Source of the DNA: Schizochytrium sp. TIO01
Taxonomy: Eukaryota; Protista; Bigyra: Labyrinthulomycetes
NCBI GenBank assembly: GCA_004764695.1
Contig: SMSO01000014.1
Location: forward strand, 6,376,029-6,440,028
Length of the DNA stretch: 64,000 nt
Reading direction: 5' to 3'
Translations under genes and position numbers: made by a program
Notes under the pieces: model-generated
What the model saw: the letters and a program-made list of their open reading frames with translations, nothing else
Told to the model about the DNA's origin: nothing
Databases searched by the model: none
In this document: one piece after another, positions 35,237-47,700 of the stretch
How the letters are laid out: the number at the start of each line of letters is the position of its first letter
How positions within the stretch are numbered: position 1 is the stretch's first letter

Positions 35237-35517
35237 AACAAACAAACAAACAATTACAAACAAACAAACAAACAAACAAACAAACAAACAAACAAACAAA
35301 CAAACAAACAAACAAACAAACAAACAAACAAACAAACAAACAAACAAACAAACAAACAAACAAACAAACAAACAAACAAACAAACAAACAAACAAACAAA
35401 CAAACAAACAAACAAACAAACAAACAAACAAACAAACAAACAAACAAACAAACAAACAAACAAACAAACAAACAAACAAACAAACAAACAAACAAACAAA
35501 CAAACAAACAAACAAAC
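35237..35517 (+). repeat. (AAAC)n microsatellite, ~280 bp, nearly perfect
   Basis: Directly visible; it is the reverse complement of the array at 15250-15609. Confidence 0.98.
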
Positions 35518-35612
35518 TTGAAAATGTATTTAAAACTTAATTTTTTAAGAAAAAGGGAGAGGAATGAAGGCCTCTTTACCTCTAAAGGGGAAAAGAAGGG
35601 ATAGATTTGACT

Positions 35613-35708
35613 AGATAGATACATAGATAGAGAGATAGAGAGATAGATAGAGAGACAGATAGAGAGACAGATAGAGAGACAGATAGAAATCTTAGATAGA
35701 TAGAGATA
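35613..35708 (+). repeat. GATA/GAGA/GACA compound microsatellite
   Basis: agatagatacatagatagagagatag... including repeated gatagagagaca units. Confidence 0.85.
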
Positions 35709-35782
35709 CTTTTTGTTCATTCTCCTTTCTCTTCTTTCTTCTGCAGCAGATCGTCAGCAGATCAGCGCCGCGTTGGGCGGGC

Positions 35783-38700
35783 ATGAGGTCCTTCTTCAAC
35801 CGCTTCAGGGCCGGCGGCGGCGGGTCCGAGGCAGGATCCGGCGGTGGCAGCGGGGCTGGAGGAGACGCGAGGACAGGCGCAGGAAGGCTCGAGGGCGGCA
35901 GGAAGGCAAGCGCAGCCTCCGCAGCGGGTCTGAGCGGAGCGAGGACAGGGGCTTACACGCGCAAGAATGGCGGCAGGCAGAATCAGGAGCCCTCAGGGAG
36001 GAGAGGGAATCGTAGTATGAAAGCAGGGTTCGCGCGAAGGGCACACAGGACAGTGGCAGCGTACTTTGCGGATGCGGAACTGGAGAAGGCCATGACGCAG
36101 GATAAAATTAGGGATAATTTGCAACTTGCTGAAGACGTTTTGCCGGGCCTCGTAGCAGACGCGCTGCTGCAGAGCGGGTCAAATTTGGTGGAGGTTATGG
36201 CGGTTCTCAGTGGGCATATTCGTATCAGCGTCGGGGCGGGCCAGTCCACGGTTGTCACGCTACAAAAAGCTTCGGTAGCGAGACAAGGTTTGTGTTTCCA
36301 GACGTTGGACGTCCTGGAACAAATCTCGTGCGCGCTTGAAGATGGCCCCGACGCATGTGCTGCAGTGGGACTGCCAGCGCAGCTCCTCAATGCGCTGGCG
36401 CTGTACTTTGGAGTTATCATCTCAGAAGACTGTAGCTCTTACACCTTGAGATCTGAAGAGGCACTTAGCCCCGACCGTATGCGGCTCGACTCCATGGAAG
36501 AAGGTTTTATGACAGAGGGGGATACCGATGACGAAGACGACGAGGCCAGCGAACATCGCAGAGGATACTTTATGGGGGTAGAGTCTCCCATTGAGGTCTA
36601 CCAGGGAGCCAATGGCGCGCAGGCAAGCCCATTCGACACCATGGCCAAGGCCCAATCTGAGACAGAAGGTAAAATGCTCCGCTCTCAAAACTTTATGCAA
36701 CGTTTGGTAGCAACACTCTGTCATTTACTTCCTAACGAGTCGGTCCTCCTTAGCTTGCTGCGTGAGCCCTATCATGGTCTACGGATCTTATTCTTCATGG
36801 TTGAAGCCACGAGGGCACGGGACGAGGTTACCTCTTTGGTGAAGGCTGTGTCGGAAAGCCTTATGCCCGCTGCTGTCGTGGAGCGTATCGTCGAGGACCG
36901 CTTGCTGGCACGCTGGATGGACGAAATTCGTGAAAACCCCTTAAATATATCTAGCGTTGGCCTTCTGACATGCATTGTGCAACTGCTCGTAGCATCATGC
37001 CGTTCAAGCCAGCGGATGCTTGACGACTACCAGGAATACGGAGGTTATGTGTTATATTATGACGTTCTCTGTGCGGTGCCTAGCATGACAGAGGTACTTC
37101 TTACAAATCTACGCCAGCTTGTCTACCTTGGACCAGGATTTGCAGAAGCTGAGGAAGATGCAGAGCATCTTGGGGTTGTTCATTCCGTTTTTCTTGCCCG
37201 AAACGAGCCTGCATTTGCTGTTGTGGCTGGCATGCTCTGCCATTTAGAGTATGCTATTTGCGCACAAAACCGCCAAGCTCAGGAGAAAATATGGCATCAC
37301 CACGTTTTTGCATGGCGGTATATGTCCATGAGCGAAAATCCAACGAAGTCCGCACTCGACCGGTATCGTCGTCCAATTGCAAACTCGGATCTTTTGCGAT
37401 TACCTTTGTTGCATTGTGTCTTGACGATTTACTCTTCTAATCCTGTTAACTTTGGGATGCTTGATGAAAAGTTTGGTGTCATGAGCACTTTGCTTGTTAG
37501 CCTTGGTGCAAGCCTTGATGTGCACGAAGAGTTTCTTTTCATGGTCGCTAAGCTCCTTGAACTTATATCAATGGGAATGGACTATCGCCCTGCGTCTCTT
37601 CTCGAAACGATATGTAAACGAACATTACCAACATTGGTCATTAACCGTCGAGTCAAGTACAAAAAGGTCGAAAATCCCCTTGAACAACTTGAGATTGACG
37701 CTCGTGCTACGGCTGCTGCAGAATTCCCCGCCCTACTTGAGGAGCCACCTACTCAAGGCCCTACAGCAGATGCTTTAGCAGCCATTGCTGGTCCGCCTCC
37801 TCCTCTCGACCCGGAGACCCTTGCGGAGGTCAATCAACGAATTTCAGGAATTCCATTCCTTTCAGCAGATCAAACAGCGTCATCATCTCCAATCTCTGAT
37901 CCAAACTCAGCGACCTCCCATGACTCCTCGCAAGTAGCTGCCGGGACATTTATCATGCACGTGTTATGCCAGACTCTAGTAAAAATGATTCGAAGCGATG
38001 AGGGATACCGTGCTGAGCTTCGAGAAGCTGGACTCCTTTCACAAGCAATCTTCCCCTTCCTCTTTCTGGCCGCTGATGCACCCTCAGAGGAAGATGACCC
38101 TGAGCTTTTCAATATGCTGTCGAGCTGGTGTTCTTTATTATGCGATATGCTGGATGGGGATCCAGTAAATGAGCATGAATTGCGCAAAACTAACGCTCAC
38201 CTATCCTTGTACAAACTCATTCTGCGTCGACCTACACCACCGCTTCTCGTACTTTTACAACTTGCACGGGGTGATAGCCCTTACCTTGAGCAAGATGTTA
38301 ATGCACTGTTTGAGATTCTTCAACAGCAACCTGAGGGGTGGGCTCTAAAATGGGAAATCCTTGGTACTCTTATTGAGATGATGCGGAAGAACCACACTGT
38401 AAAAGATTTGATGCGCCGTCTTGGCGGATTCGAGATAATGATGTATGTTATCTCTGGCCTTGAAGGCAAATTCTTACCAGAAGTTTCTGAAGAGGATAGC
38501 AGACAAGCAATTGATGTATTGGAGCGTGTCTTTCAAGTTTTTACCGTCGCTATGACAGGTAATCACCTCGTCAATCGGGCCTTTGTTAAAGAGGAGATTC
38601 GGTATGAATCCATGTCATCATCATGCCAAATCATTGGTGTGTTTGGTTCAACCTATGATCGTAATCTCGTTGATATGGTCATTGATTGCATTACCGAGGC

Positions 38701-41700
38701 AAGTGAGATTCGCCTCAGTCGCAATCGAAGCCAAATGTATCGCATGAATGAAATGATTGATTGTGATACACTTCGAATTCGTAATGTGGACCCGCTTCAA
38801 ATACTTACCATCCGCCTTTCGCTTCTCAGCGAAGCAGGCCTCGGCCAGCTTTTGACGCGACTTGCGTGCATGGTACATGGAGACCATAGTGAACAAGCTG
38901 CTAACTGCGAAATTCTGTGCGAAACCTGGCTTCCTAATCTGCTCATGGATGAGCTCTTTGTGAATATTCTTGGCAATCAGGAACACCCTCAGCATGAGAC
39001 TGCCATCTCTTTGTTGGGCAGCCTTGAACGCCACCGCTCTACTACTCGATCCGTCGAGCGTCTTCTTGGTAAGATTTTTGACATTTACAATAACGAAGAA
39101 ACCACAACCCCACAAGACTACGCAACTGTGGTTGCACTTTTGAAAGTTCTTAACCTCGCTGCAAATCCTGGAAATGACGATGCCTTCTTTTGTCCCTATG
39201 TACAGATGTCCGGGCCCAGCGATGTTTTTATCCTTGCAGACGAAGCAAGTTCCAGTCGTGATGGAGGCAAAGCTGCCCCGCGCCAAGTCGCTAAACAAGC
39301 AAGCCATCGCTCCTCTGTGCAGGACAATGCGCCAGGAAATTTGCATATTGCAGGCCTTGGCAAGCGGCCATGGCCTCCAACTGTCGGCTATACTCTATCG
39401 TTTTGGGTATGGCTTGGAAAAGAGGCAGGTGAGCCCATCGTACTTGCTTCCATACGAAACAAAGAGGGTCAGCAACTTTTGCGTGTCACAATTGAAGATG
39501 GAGGGATGGTCCGGTGTCGCACCTGTGGCCCGCATTCTGCAGCGGGGACAAGTTCACCTCGCTCCACTACGATTGCCAGCATCCCGGCGGCAGTCGGCGC
39601 GGCAGCAGGGCTCGGCACTTCAATGCGAGGCTTGGATCCATCTGCAAGTTCAGCTTCTCTTAGCTCTGGAAGTAGTACAAACGGTATGGGTAGCTCAGGC
39701 CAGATCTTTGACGAACTTGGTTCCAGCTCGACTTTACCGGAGCTCACAAGAGCTGCACTTGCAGCTGTCACTGCATCTGCCGAAGCAAGTGCCGCAGTTT
39801 CTTCTTTATTAGGTATTTCACGAAGCAGTGGGAACAACTCTCCTCCTTCTCCAAATACGTATCACTCAAACGCTGGTTCTAGCCCTCGGGAGCGCTTCCT
39901 TCAAGATCTCGCTCCATACGAAATTCTTTTTCCAAACCTCAACCTTCGCCCCGGACACTGGCATCACTTGGTACTCGTGCACAAATCGGTGAGCAACATT
40001 GGTCTTATTATCGACAAGTCTCTTAATGGACGCATGACTCTCTTTTGTGATGGCGTGGAAGTTGCCACTTCTAAGTTTCCTTATCCTACTTCAGCTAACA
40101 ATGGAGGACTCAAGACATCAGTATTTATGGGTGTTGATCCAGTGGTCTCTGCGACCAGACGATCAAGTGATCCTGTTCGTTTCTGGAGATTGGGTCCCAT
40201 GCTTATGCTCGACATCCCCAAAAACGACACGTTTGCGCGTGACATGTATTTGCTTGGTGTGAACTATAATGGTTCCATGAGTCGTAGCTGCGCAACCTTA
40301 CGCGACGCCCGCTCATTCACGACAGTGCTTCTAGAGCAGGTTTTTGCATACGAGCGCGGCAGCGACGAGGCAGACGCAGGATCGGTTACAAGTCACCTTG
40401 AGAGGCTCGGTCTGCCGAGTACTAGCTGGAAAGATCTCCTACAGCGCAACAGCGAGTTCTTGCATCAACCCGGTCATGTTGACCTCGACAATGTCATTTG
40501 CTCTTTTTATGCGGGTCGTCGAACAACTCTTGAAGGCTTTAAATCCATTGATACAAAATCGCTAGTGGAAAAGAAGATTCGGGAGCTTGATGTCCCGCGC
40601 ACAGTTCTCGTGAACAGTGCAACCACAACTGCACCGGGTTCCGGTGAGCAACAGATTCTTGCTGTTCTGGGCGGTGGGGCGTTCGCAGTTACTCCATTGC
40701 CTCTCTGTGATACTGTACGAAGTGTTGGTGGGGTGACAGTGATTTTGCGTCTCTTGGAATTAAGCCCTGACCCAAATGTCACAGTGCTAACACTTCGTTT
40801 GCTTCGAAATATTATTGGTGCTCACGAATACAATCGTTTTGCCTTTCGGCAGTCGAATGGTCATCGGTTGCTTGCGTGGATTCTTTTTGGGCAGGCACAA
40901 CGCACGACAGAGATTTTTACCCCAGAAGTTTTTGAAAATATGCTCAATCTTGCAGTACTTGGCGAAGGAGAGGACGCTCTAATTGTTGATCCAGAGATGT
41001 TACATCAACTCGTGCTCAATCATCAGGTGTGGCGTGGTTCGGAAAAATCTGGTTTCCAACGCTGGAGATTTGTAATTATCATTTTGCAGTGGTTGAGCAA
41101 CCTTGTTGATGTCGATAATCTCAACGTAAGACTCAACCTTGACGGTCTACAGCGCCTTGGTATTATTGACTGGGTTTTGGAGATGATTCTCACACTTGCA
41201 ATTGATATTCCAAACGAAGAGGAGATTATTTCTGATGTTCTTGCAGCAGCGCTTCAGTTCTTGCATAATATTATGAAACAACGTCTAGTTAGACGCTCTC
41301 TCTTTGAACTTTTTAAGCATATCCTTGTGTCTCTTCCTTATGAAGTAGACGAAGACGAAGTAATGGGACCTATCCCAGAAGATGATAGTGTCCCTCTTAG
41401 TACTCCTGCGAGTTCTGTAGATCCACGGCTCCGAACACGAGAGTCGGATGATGTTTCTTCTTCATGGGATGTGGGGTCCAATCCGTGTTCTCCGCGTCAT
41501 GCAGGTGACGGACTGGCTTCACCCTATTTCTCTTCGCCAAAGTTTGGAGGAAAGTCTACCCGGCGCCGGCGTCGCTCTGTTACTGATATGGTGAAAAGCA
41601 AAAACAAGGCCAGTCGTCGTCTTGCTGCATTTACGGTAGATGATGAAATCTCTGAGGCCGGGGAAGCTATTCTTCGTAAAATTCGTTGCATGCTCTTTGC

Positions 41701-44700
41701 ATTGCTGCTCGAAATACCTGAAAAGATTCCGCACGACTCAACCCGAACAGCTGCTGAGCATAGAACCACAATCTATGCTATCTTTTCTGATATACTCTCT
41801 GTGCATTGGTTTACCTGCCTCATTCGTCCGGAGAGTGATACCGAAACTTTCGTACTTGCAGTTCGACTGCTTGTAGAAATTCTTCAAGAGAGCCCAGATT
41901 TCGCTCGTCACTTCATTGCCCATGGAGGTTTTGCTATGCTTGTAGAAGGTGGAAAGTCTCACAAAGAGCTACAAAGCCTCGCCTTTAGTCTGCTTGTACT
42001 ACTATGTGGCATCCCTGGACACCTGATGGGATCTCCGATCACCTATGAGGGAAAGGAGCAGTCAAGACCAGTGATAACATCACCAGTCCTTGGTTTAAAG
42101 CCGGGCTCGCCGTCAGGCTTTCCTTCTTTAGATGAGCATTGCAAGAATGTCGAAGACCCTTCTCCCTCAGATGACACAAGTCCCTCCACTGCACATAGTG
42201 ATGCTGATCGCATAAGCAGCTTTGTAAGTCCTGGAGTCAAAAGGCGTTTGTTAAGCCGCAAGTCTACAGTTGATGCCATTTCAAACGTAGATATGTTCCG
42301 TACAAGATTTGTCGAGCAATTCCGCAATCTGATGCTCTCTCTCCCGCGCTTTACACCGCCGCGCTGGTACCTTGATGCGCATGAGTCACTTATGAAACTC
42401 CTTAGTGGTGCCCTCGTTCGCATCCGAGAACACGAAGGTGCACCCTCGTATGTGCAGGACCTTAGTGCGCCACCTAGCAATCGTCGTAGCCTTATCAAGT
42501 GGAAGCGTAATGATGTCGAAACGCTTTGCAATGATGTTTGCTCTTGTTTGGTAGTGACAACACAACGATTCCCTGAATCTGTAGGATTCTTCGAGACAAG
42601 TGCATTTATAGATCTCTGCTCCGAGCTAATGTTCACCGATGCCAAAACGAGCTTAAGCAAGAACGAACTACTAGAACAGATGCCTGGCCCGGAGGAGTCT
42701 GCATTATCATTACCAGATGATATAAAGTCAGAAACTGCCACGACAGAGGAGACAATAGAGGAAGATAAGAAGAGGATCGACCTCGACATTTCTTCTCAAC
42801 AAGCGCTATCTTCAGATAAGGATATATCTTCCTCTAGTGGAAAGTTTGCGGGACCTGTTTCGCATGGAATGCTTGTCTTTTACAGCGAGCTTTTATGCCG
42901 TTCAGTTGCAGAAGATTCCTCCAATGTGCCAACATCCACGACCAACAGTGGACCTATTCCTCTCACCGAACACCCGCTTCTGCGTGCTAAAGAAGGCCGC
43001 AAATTGCTTGAAACATTTATGCAATCATTCCCTCTAGAAGCTCCGACTGAGGATGCGTTGATTTTTCAGACAGCTCTGATTCAGGCTTTCTTGCCTCGCC
43101 TCACGCTCATGCTAGACGATCGTACATGGGAAGCACGACGCAGCGCTGGGAGCTTGATGAAATTACCGCACAATGCTGACCCTAATAAAGTTGGCACATT
43201 GGTTTGCTTTCTCGCAGGTAGAGCATCTTTTGGTTGGATTCCTTTTGCGGAGCACACAATTTTGGAGCTCACGCTACAGGCCAAATCTCGTGTTGACACT
43301 CTTGAATTTCGGGAGCGTATTCTGCGTTGCGCGAGAGGCCTCATCCTATGGTCTCTTGACGTGGCTCTGCTCAATCACACCAATCACCTGGTCGGTCAGT
43401 TATTGCAGGCTGTACGGAGAAATTATAATGAATTGCGCACAAACGAGGTGATTAGCAATCTTTTGAAACAACAAGGATCATCGCCTTCTGACAGAGATGC
43501 ATATGTACCACAAACCTTGATCCCGGAAGCATTGCAATCTGAGTTCAATGCTTATGATGAAAGTACCCTCTTTGTTGCATGCTTTATTGGGCTCTGCCTT
43601 GAACATCTTGAATTAGCTTTCACATCTGGTGATGAAGAAGCGCAGCAACTACTTGCAAGGAACCTTGCTAAAGCTATTGCAAGTCGACAGCGACTATTTC
43701 TCCAAGAAACAACCATGCAAGACGGATTTCGCCTTTTAGTTCTCGGAAATTCAGAAGCGGCCATTGCAAACTCTGTACCTATCGACACGGAACAACACCC
43801 GAGTGCAATTCCATCATTTCTTGCCTGGGCCAAGACGCGCCATGACGAAGGTACACTTCGCGCTCGTTGGTTAATGCAGGTTTGGGCTCGTATCAAGCGC
43901 ATTGAACTTTTTGGCAGCCATCAGCAATGTGGATTGACTCCACCTGCTGTGCTTGCTTCCACGGCAAGCACTTTCAACATGGAGTTCCCAGAAAAACGAA
44001 AGTATTTGCATATGGAAGTAGAGTACATGAAGCGACAGAACAATAAACGTCGTTTGAGCAACAATGACTTATCGAAGCGTGCTAAGGTTTCCCCTGAGCG
44101 CTTACTGATGGAGGCAAAAACCCTCATGAGTACCACTCAAGTTGAAGCTGTAGAAAGACATCGTAGATGGCTGCGTATCAGTCTTGAGCACCTGCTTCGT
44201 GGTAAACGAGTATGGAAAGACGTGGCTCAATCTTATGAGCGTGGTGTGCACAGTTCCTTTTTTCAGAATCCTGCTGCGCTTAAAAACCCTCTCGTATCTC
44301 GTGAGCATTACCTTCTTGATTGCAGTGATGGCCGTGACCGCATGCGGAGACGTACACAGAGAAACCTTGAGTTTATCAACACGTTTCGTTTTGCAGGTTA
44401 CCTCGCGGATCCAACCCAATTGTCTCCTGAGCCCCTTGACATGCCACTGCCGCCACCACTACCAGGTGTAAATGTCGATGCGCTGCCAACACCGCGTTCT
44501 CAAACTCCTGCTGGCCGTGGGACTGGAGAGATTAACGACGATGAACAGGAAGATGAGATGAATATGGTTCTGCGAACACTGCGAGTTCCAAGATCTGATA
44601 GCAAATCACGACGCCCTTCAGCTCTTGACAGTGGAGAGCTTGACCATAATGACGAAGAGTATGGAGAAGAGGAAGAAGATAATGAAGATGATGATTCTTT

Positions 44701-47700
44701 GTTGGAGTCTGAGACACTTGGCAGAACAAGTGATAAACAAGACTCGGCAAGTCCCAGGGGAGCTCGAAGAAGCAGCGCAGACCAAGACCTAGAAAAGGAT
44801 AATGAGGACTCGGCATCCATCGATGACGACCTTGAGAAGTCTGAAATTGAAGCAAATATCCCGGTACATGAAGATTTCCGGTTTACTTCCGAGCTGGAAG
44901 TTGCCCGTCCCAGTATGCTTCAAAAAAGTGAGTCGCTTCGTATTCCTCAAAGTGGAGTTTTGCCGGAATTGCACAATCAGGCAGATGATAAAGAAGAAAG
45001 CACTGGGCCAACAGTATCTACTCCTAAGCTACCACCAACATCGCCCTTGTCGTCAAAGTCAAAGTCAAGCTCATTTGCTCAAACAGGAGTAAAGGTGACT
45101 CAACCTTCTGAGGAGAATGTAAACGTAGAAGAAGCATTGGAGAAGGGCACGAGTGAGCAATTCGGCGAAGCTGAATTCTCCGAAAAGTTGATGCCACCTG
45201 AAATTGATGTTTCACATAGTGAGAGTGAGGTTGTAGTTGAATCACAGGTTTCGGGAGAAACTGATCCAGATCTGCATCACGCGCATGTTACGCACAAGCG
45301 TTTCTCCCTTGAAGCGGAAATGAATGCCCTTGGTCTCGATAATGAACAGCGAATCATTACAGAGCTGGATTATATGGATCAACAAAGTAGCGAAAATGAG
45401 CGAATTGTAAACTGCGCTGATGTGAGTGGCATGGAGGCCAGCAAAGGAATCTGCCTTTTAAGGGAGACGTCGTTATATTTTATTTCAAACCATCGTGCTT
45501 ACCGTAATCCAGATCGTACTGCAAAGAAACTGTACCTTATCGAGGAACTTCCCCAGTCTGAAAGGACAGAGAGCCCAACGTTTGAGGTGACTCTGAATGG
45601 AGAGTATGTCCATATCTTGTCACATGGAGATTCGGTGGACTTGCTTGAAGTCCCAGGAAAAGGAGTTCGACGTCTTTTATCAGGAATCTCAAGTGCCTCT
45701 CAATCAGGTGAGGCCGACGAAGCTGCTAATGAAGTGCCCAATACAACTTACGAGGTTCGAAAGGTCCGCTATGACCAGATGAGAGAAATGTATCGTCGTC
45801 GGTACATGTTCTGTGAAGTTGGTATTGAGTTCTTTTCTGTTGACGGAGCTAACTTTTTACTTGTTTTTGATTCACCAGAGGAAAGAGACTGGGTTTTTAC
45901 CAAGGTTCTAGCCAAAGACATGCCCCACTTGATTATCTCAAAGTCTAGTACCATGCAGGGATTAGCTCAGTCATCACTAATGAATCCGGAGGGACTGTCT
46001 CTGGGGGCTCTTATGGCTCCTTTCAGACGTTTTCGTGCTTCAGTGACCCGGCAGTGGCTAGATGGTGAGATTTCTAACTTTTCTTATCTGATGTACTTAA
46101 ACATGCTGGCTGGTCGGTCGCATAACGATTTGACCCAATATCCAGTTTTCCCATGGATTCTACAGCAATATACTGAAGAGACAATTGACCTCGAAGACCC
46201 GTCTTCGTATCGTGATTTGTCTAAGCCAATGGGAGCTTTAAACCCTGACCGTGCTCGACAATTTCAAGAACGTTACTCGTTGCTTGCTTCAACCGCGGCA
46301 GAAACACAAATGCAACCATTCCATTACGGTACGCACTACTCGTGTTCTGCTTATGTCTTGCAATATCTCATTCGCCTCGAGCCCTACGCCAGTATGGCTC
46401 TCGAGCTTCAAGGTGGTCAATTTGACCGTGCTGACCGGCTTTTCTACTCTTTCATGTCAAGCTGGCGTAGTGTGTCAGGTCAAGACTTCAATGCTCAGGA
46501 TGTACGGGAATTGATCCCTGAATTTTTCTACTTGCCTGAGTTTCTTTACAACAGAAACAAATTCGATTTTGGTACTACCCAGCGTGGAATTCGCGTTGAC
46601 GATGTAGAACTTCCAAAGTGGAGTGAGAATGACCCATACTATTTCGTGCGTTTGCACCGTCGAGCTCTGGAATCCCGATATGTATCTGAACATCTCCACG
46701 AATGGGTGGATCTCATTTTTGGCTACAAGCAGCGCGGTCGTGCAGCCATTGAAGCTCAAAATGTGTTTCATCCATTGACCTATGAGGGTGAGGTGAATCC
46801 TGATGAAATTGAAGACCCGGTGCTGAAAAAGGCGGCTCTGGCACAAATCCACAACTTTGGTCAGACCCCGCGAAAGCTATTTTCAAAGCCTCATCCAAAA
46901 CGCATTGTTCCGCACATCGTCTCAGGAAGGCCCATTGGAGAAGTTGATATTGCATCAATCCAATGGCATCAACATTTGGCACCTCCTTTGGTCATACCAG
47001 GCGCATTTAAGCGTCCAGACATTCTGGAGCCAGGGGAAAATGGTGTCCTGCAACATCCTGGCCACTGCTCCTTAGTGAAGCAAGAATCTGGCTTCATTCA
47101 GAAACATTTTGGCAGCATTGGCCCCGCGCAAGAACTCTTGGTGTGGAGTGACAAGGTGGTAATGCTTCTAGGCAACGTGACAGCAATGCAACCATTTATG
47201 AACCATTACCTAAGTTGGGGCTCTGAAAATGGTTCATTGCGTCTCCACGCTGTGCCCCCGTCCGGTGGTGTGAATAACGTTTTGATGCCAGGAAAGGTTG
47301 TCGCAGTATTTGAAGCACTTCATATTGGGCCAATTACTGCGTGCAGCGTGATTGATGATGGTACACAGATCTGGACAGGTGGTACAGACGCTTTAGTGTC
47401 AGTCTGGCACCTCCGGAAGTCCAAGGTGCGGGGCGGAGCATGGATGCTTGACCAATTGCAAGTGCTGTCATCGCATAGCGGACAGATCACCTCATTGGCA
47501 ACTTCACAAAAACAAGGAATTGCTGTTTCCGGTTCGCGAGACTGTTCTGCCGTACTTTGGGACCTTGAAAAGAAATGCTTCATTCGCCGTTTAGCCCGTC
47601 AGACCGGGCCCGTCAATCAGGTTTCGATCAACGAAGCCAATGGCAACATTCTGACCCTTTCAGGAGCTGATTTATGTTATTGGCATGTAAATGGTGAACC

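Noticed and set aside
35123-35720. ORFs encoding FVCL/TNKQ repeats
   Set aside because: Same artefact, from the (AAAC)n array.
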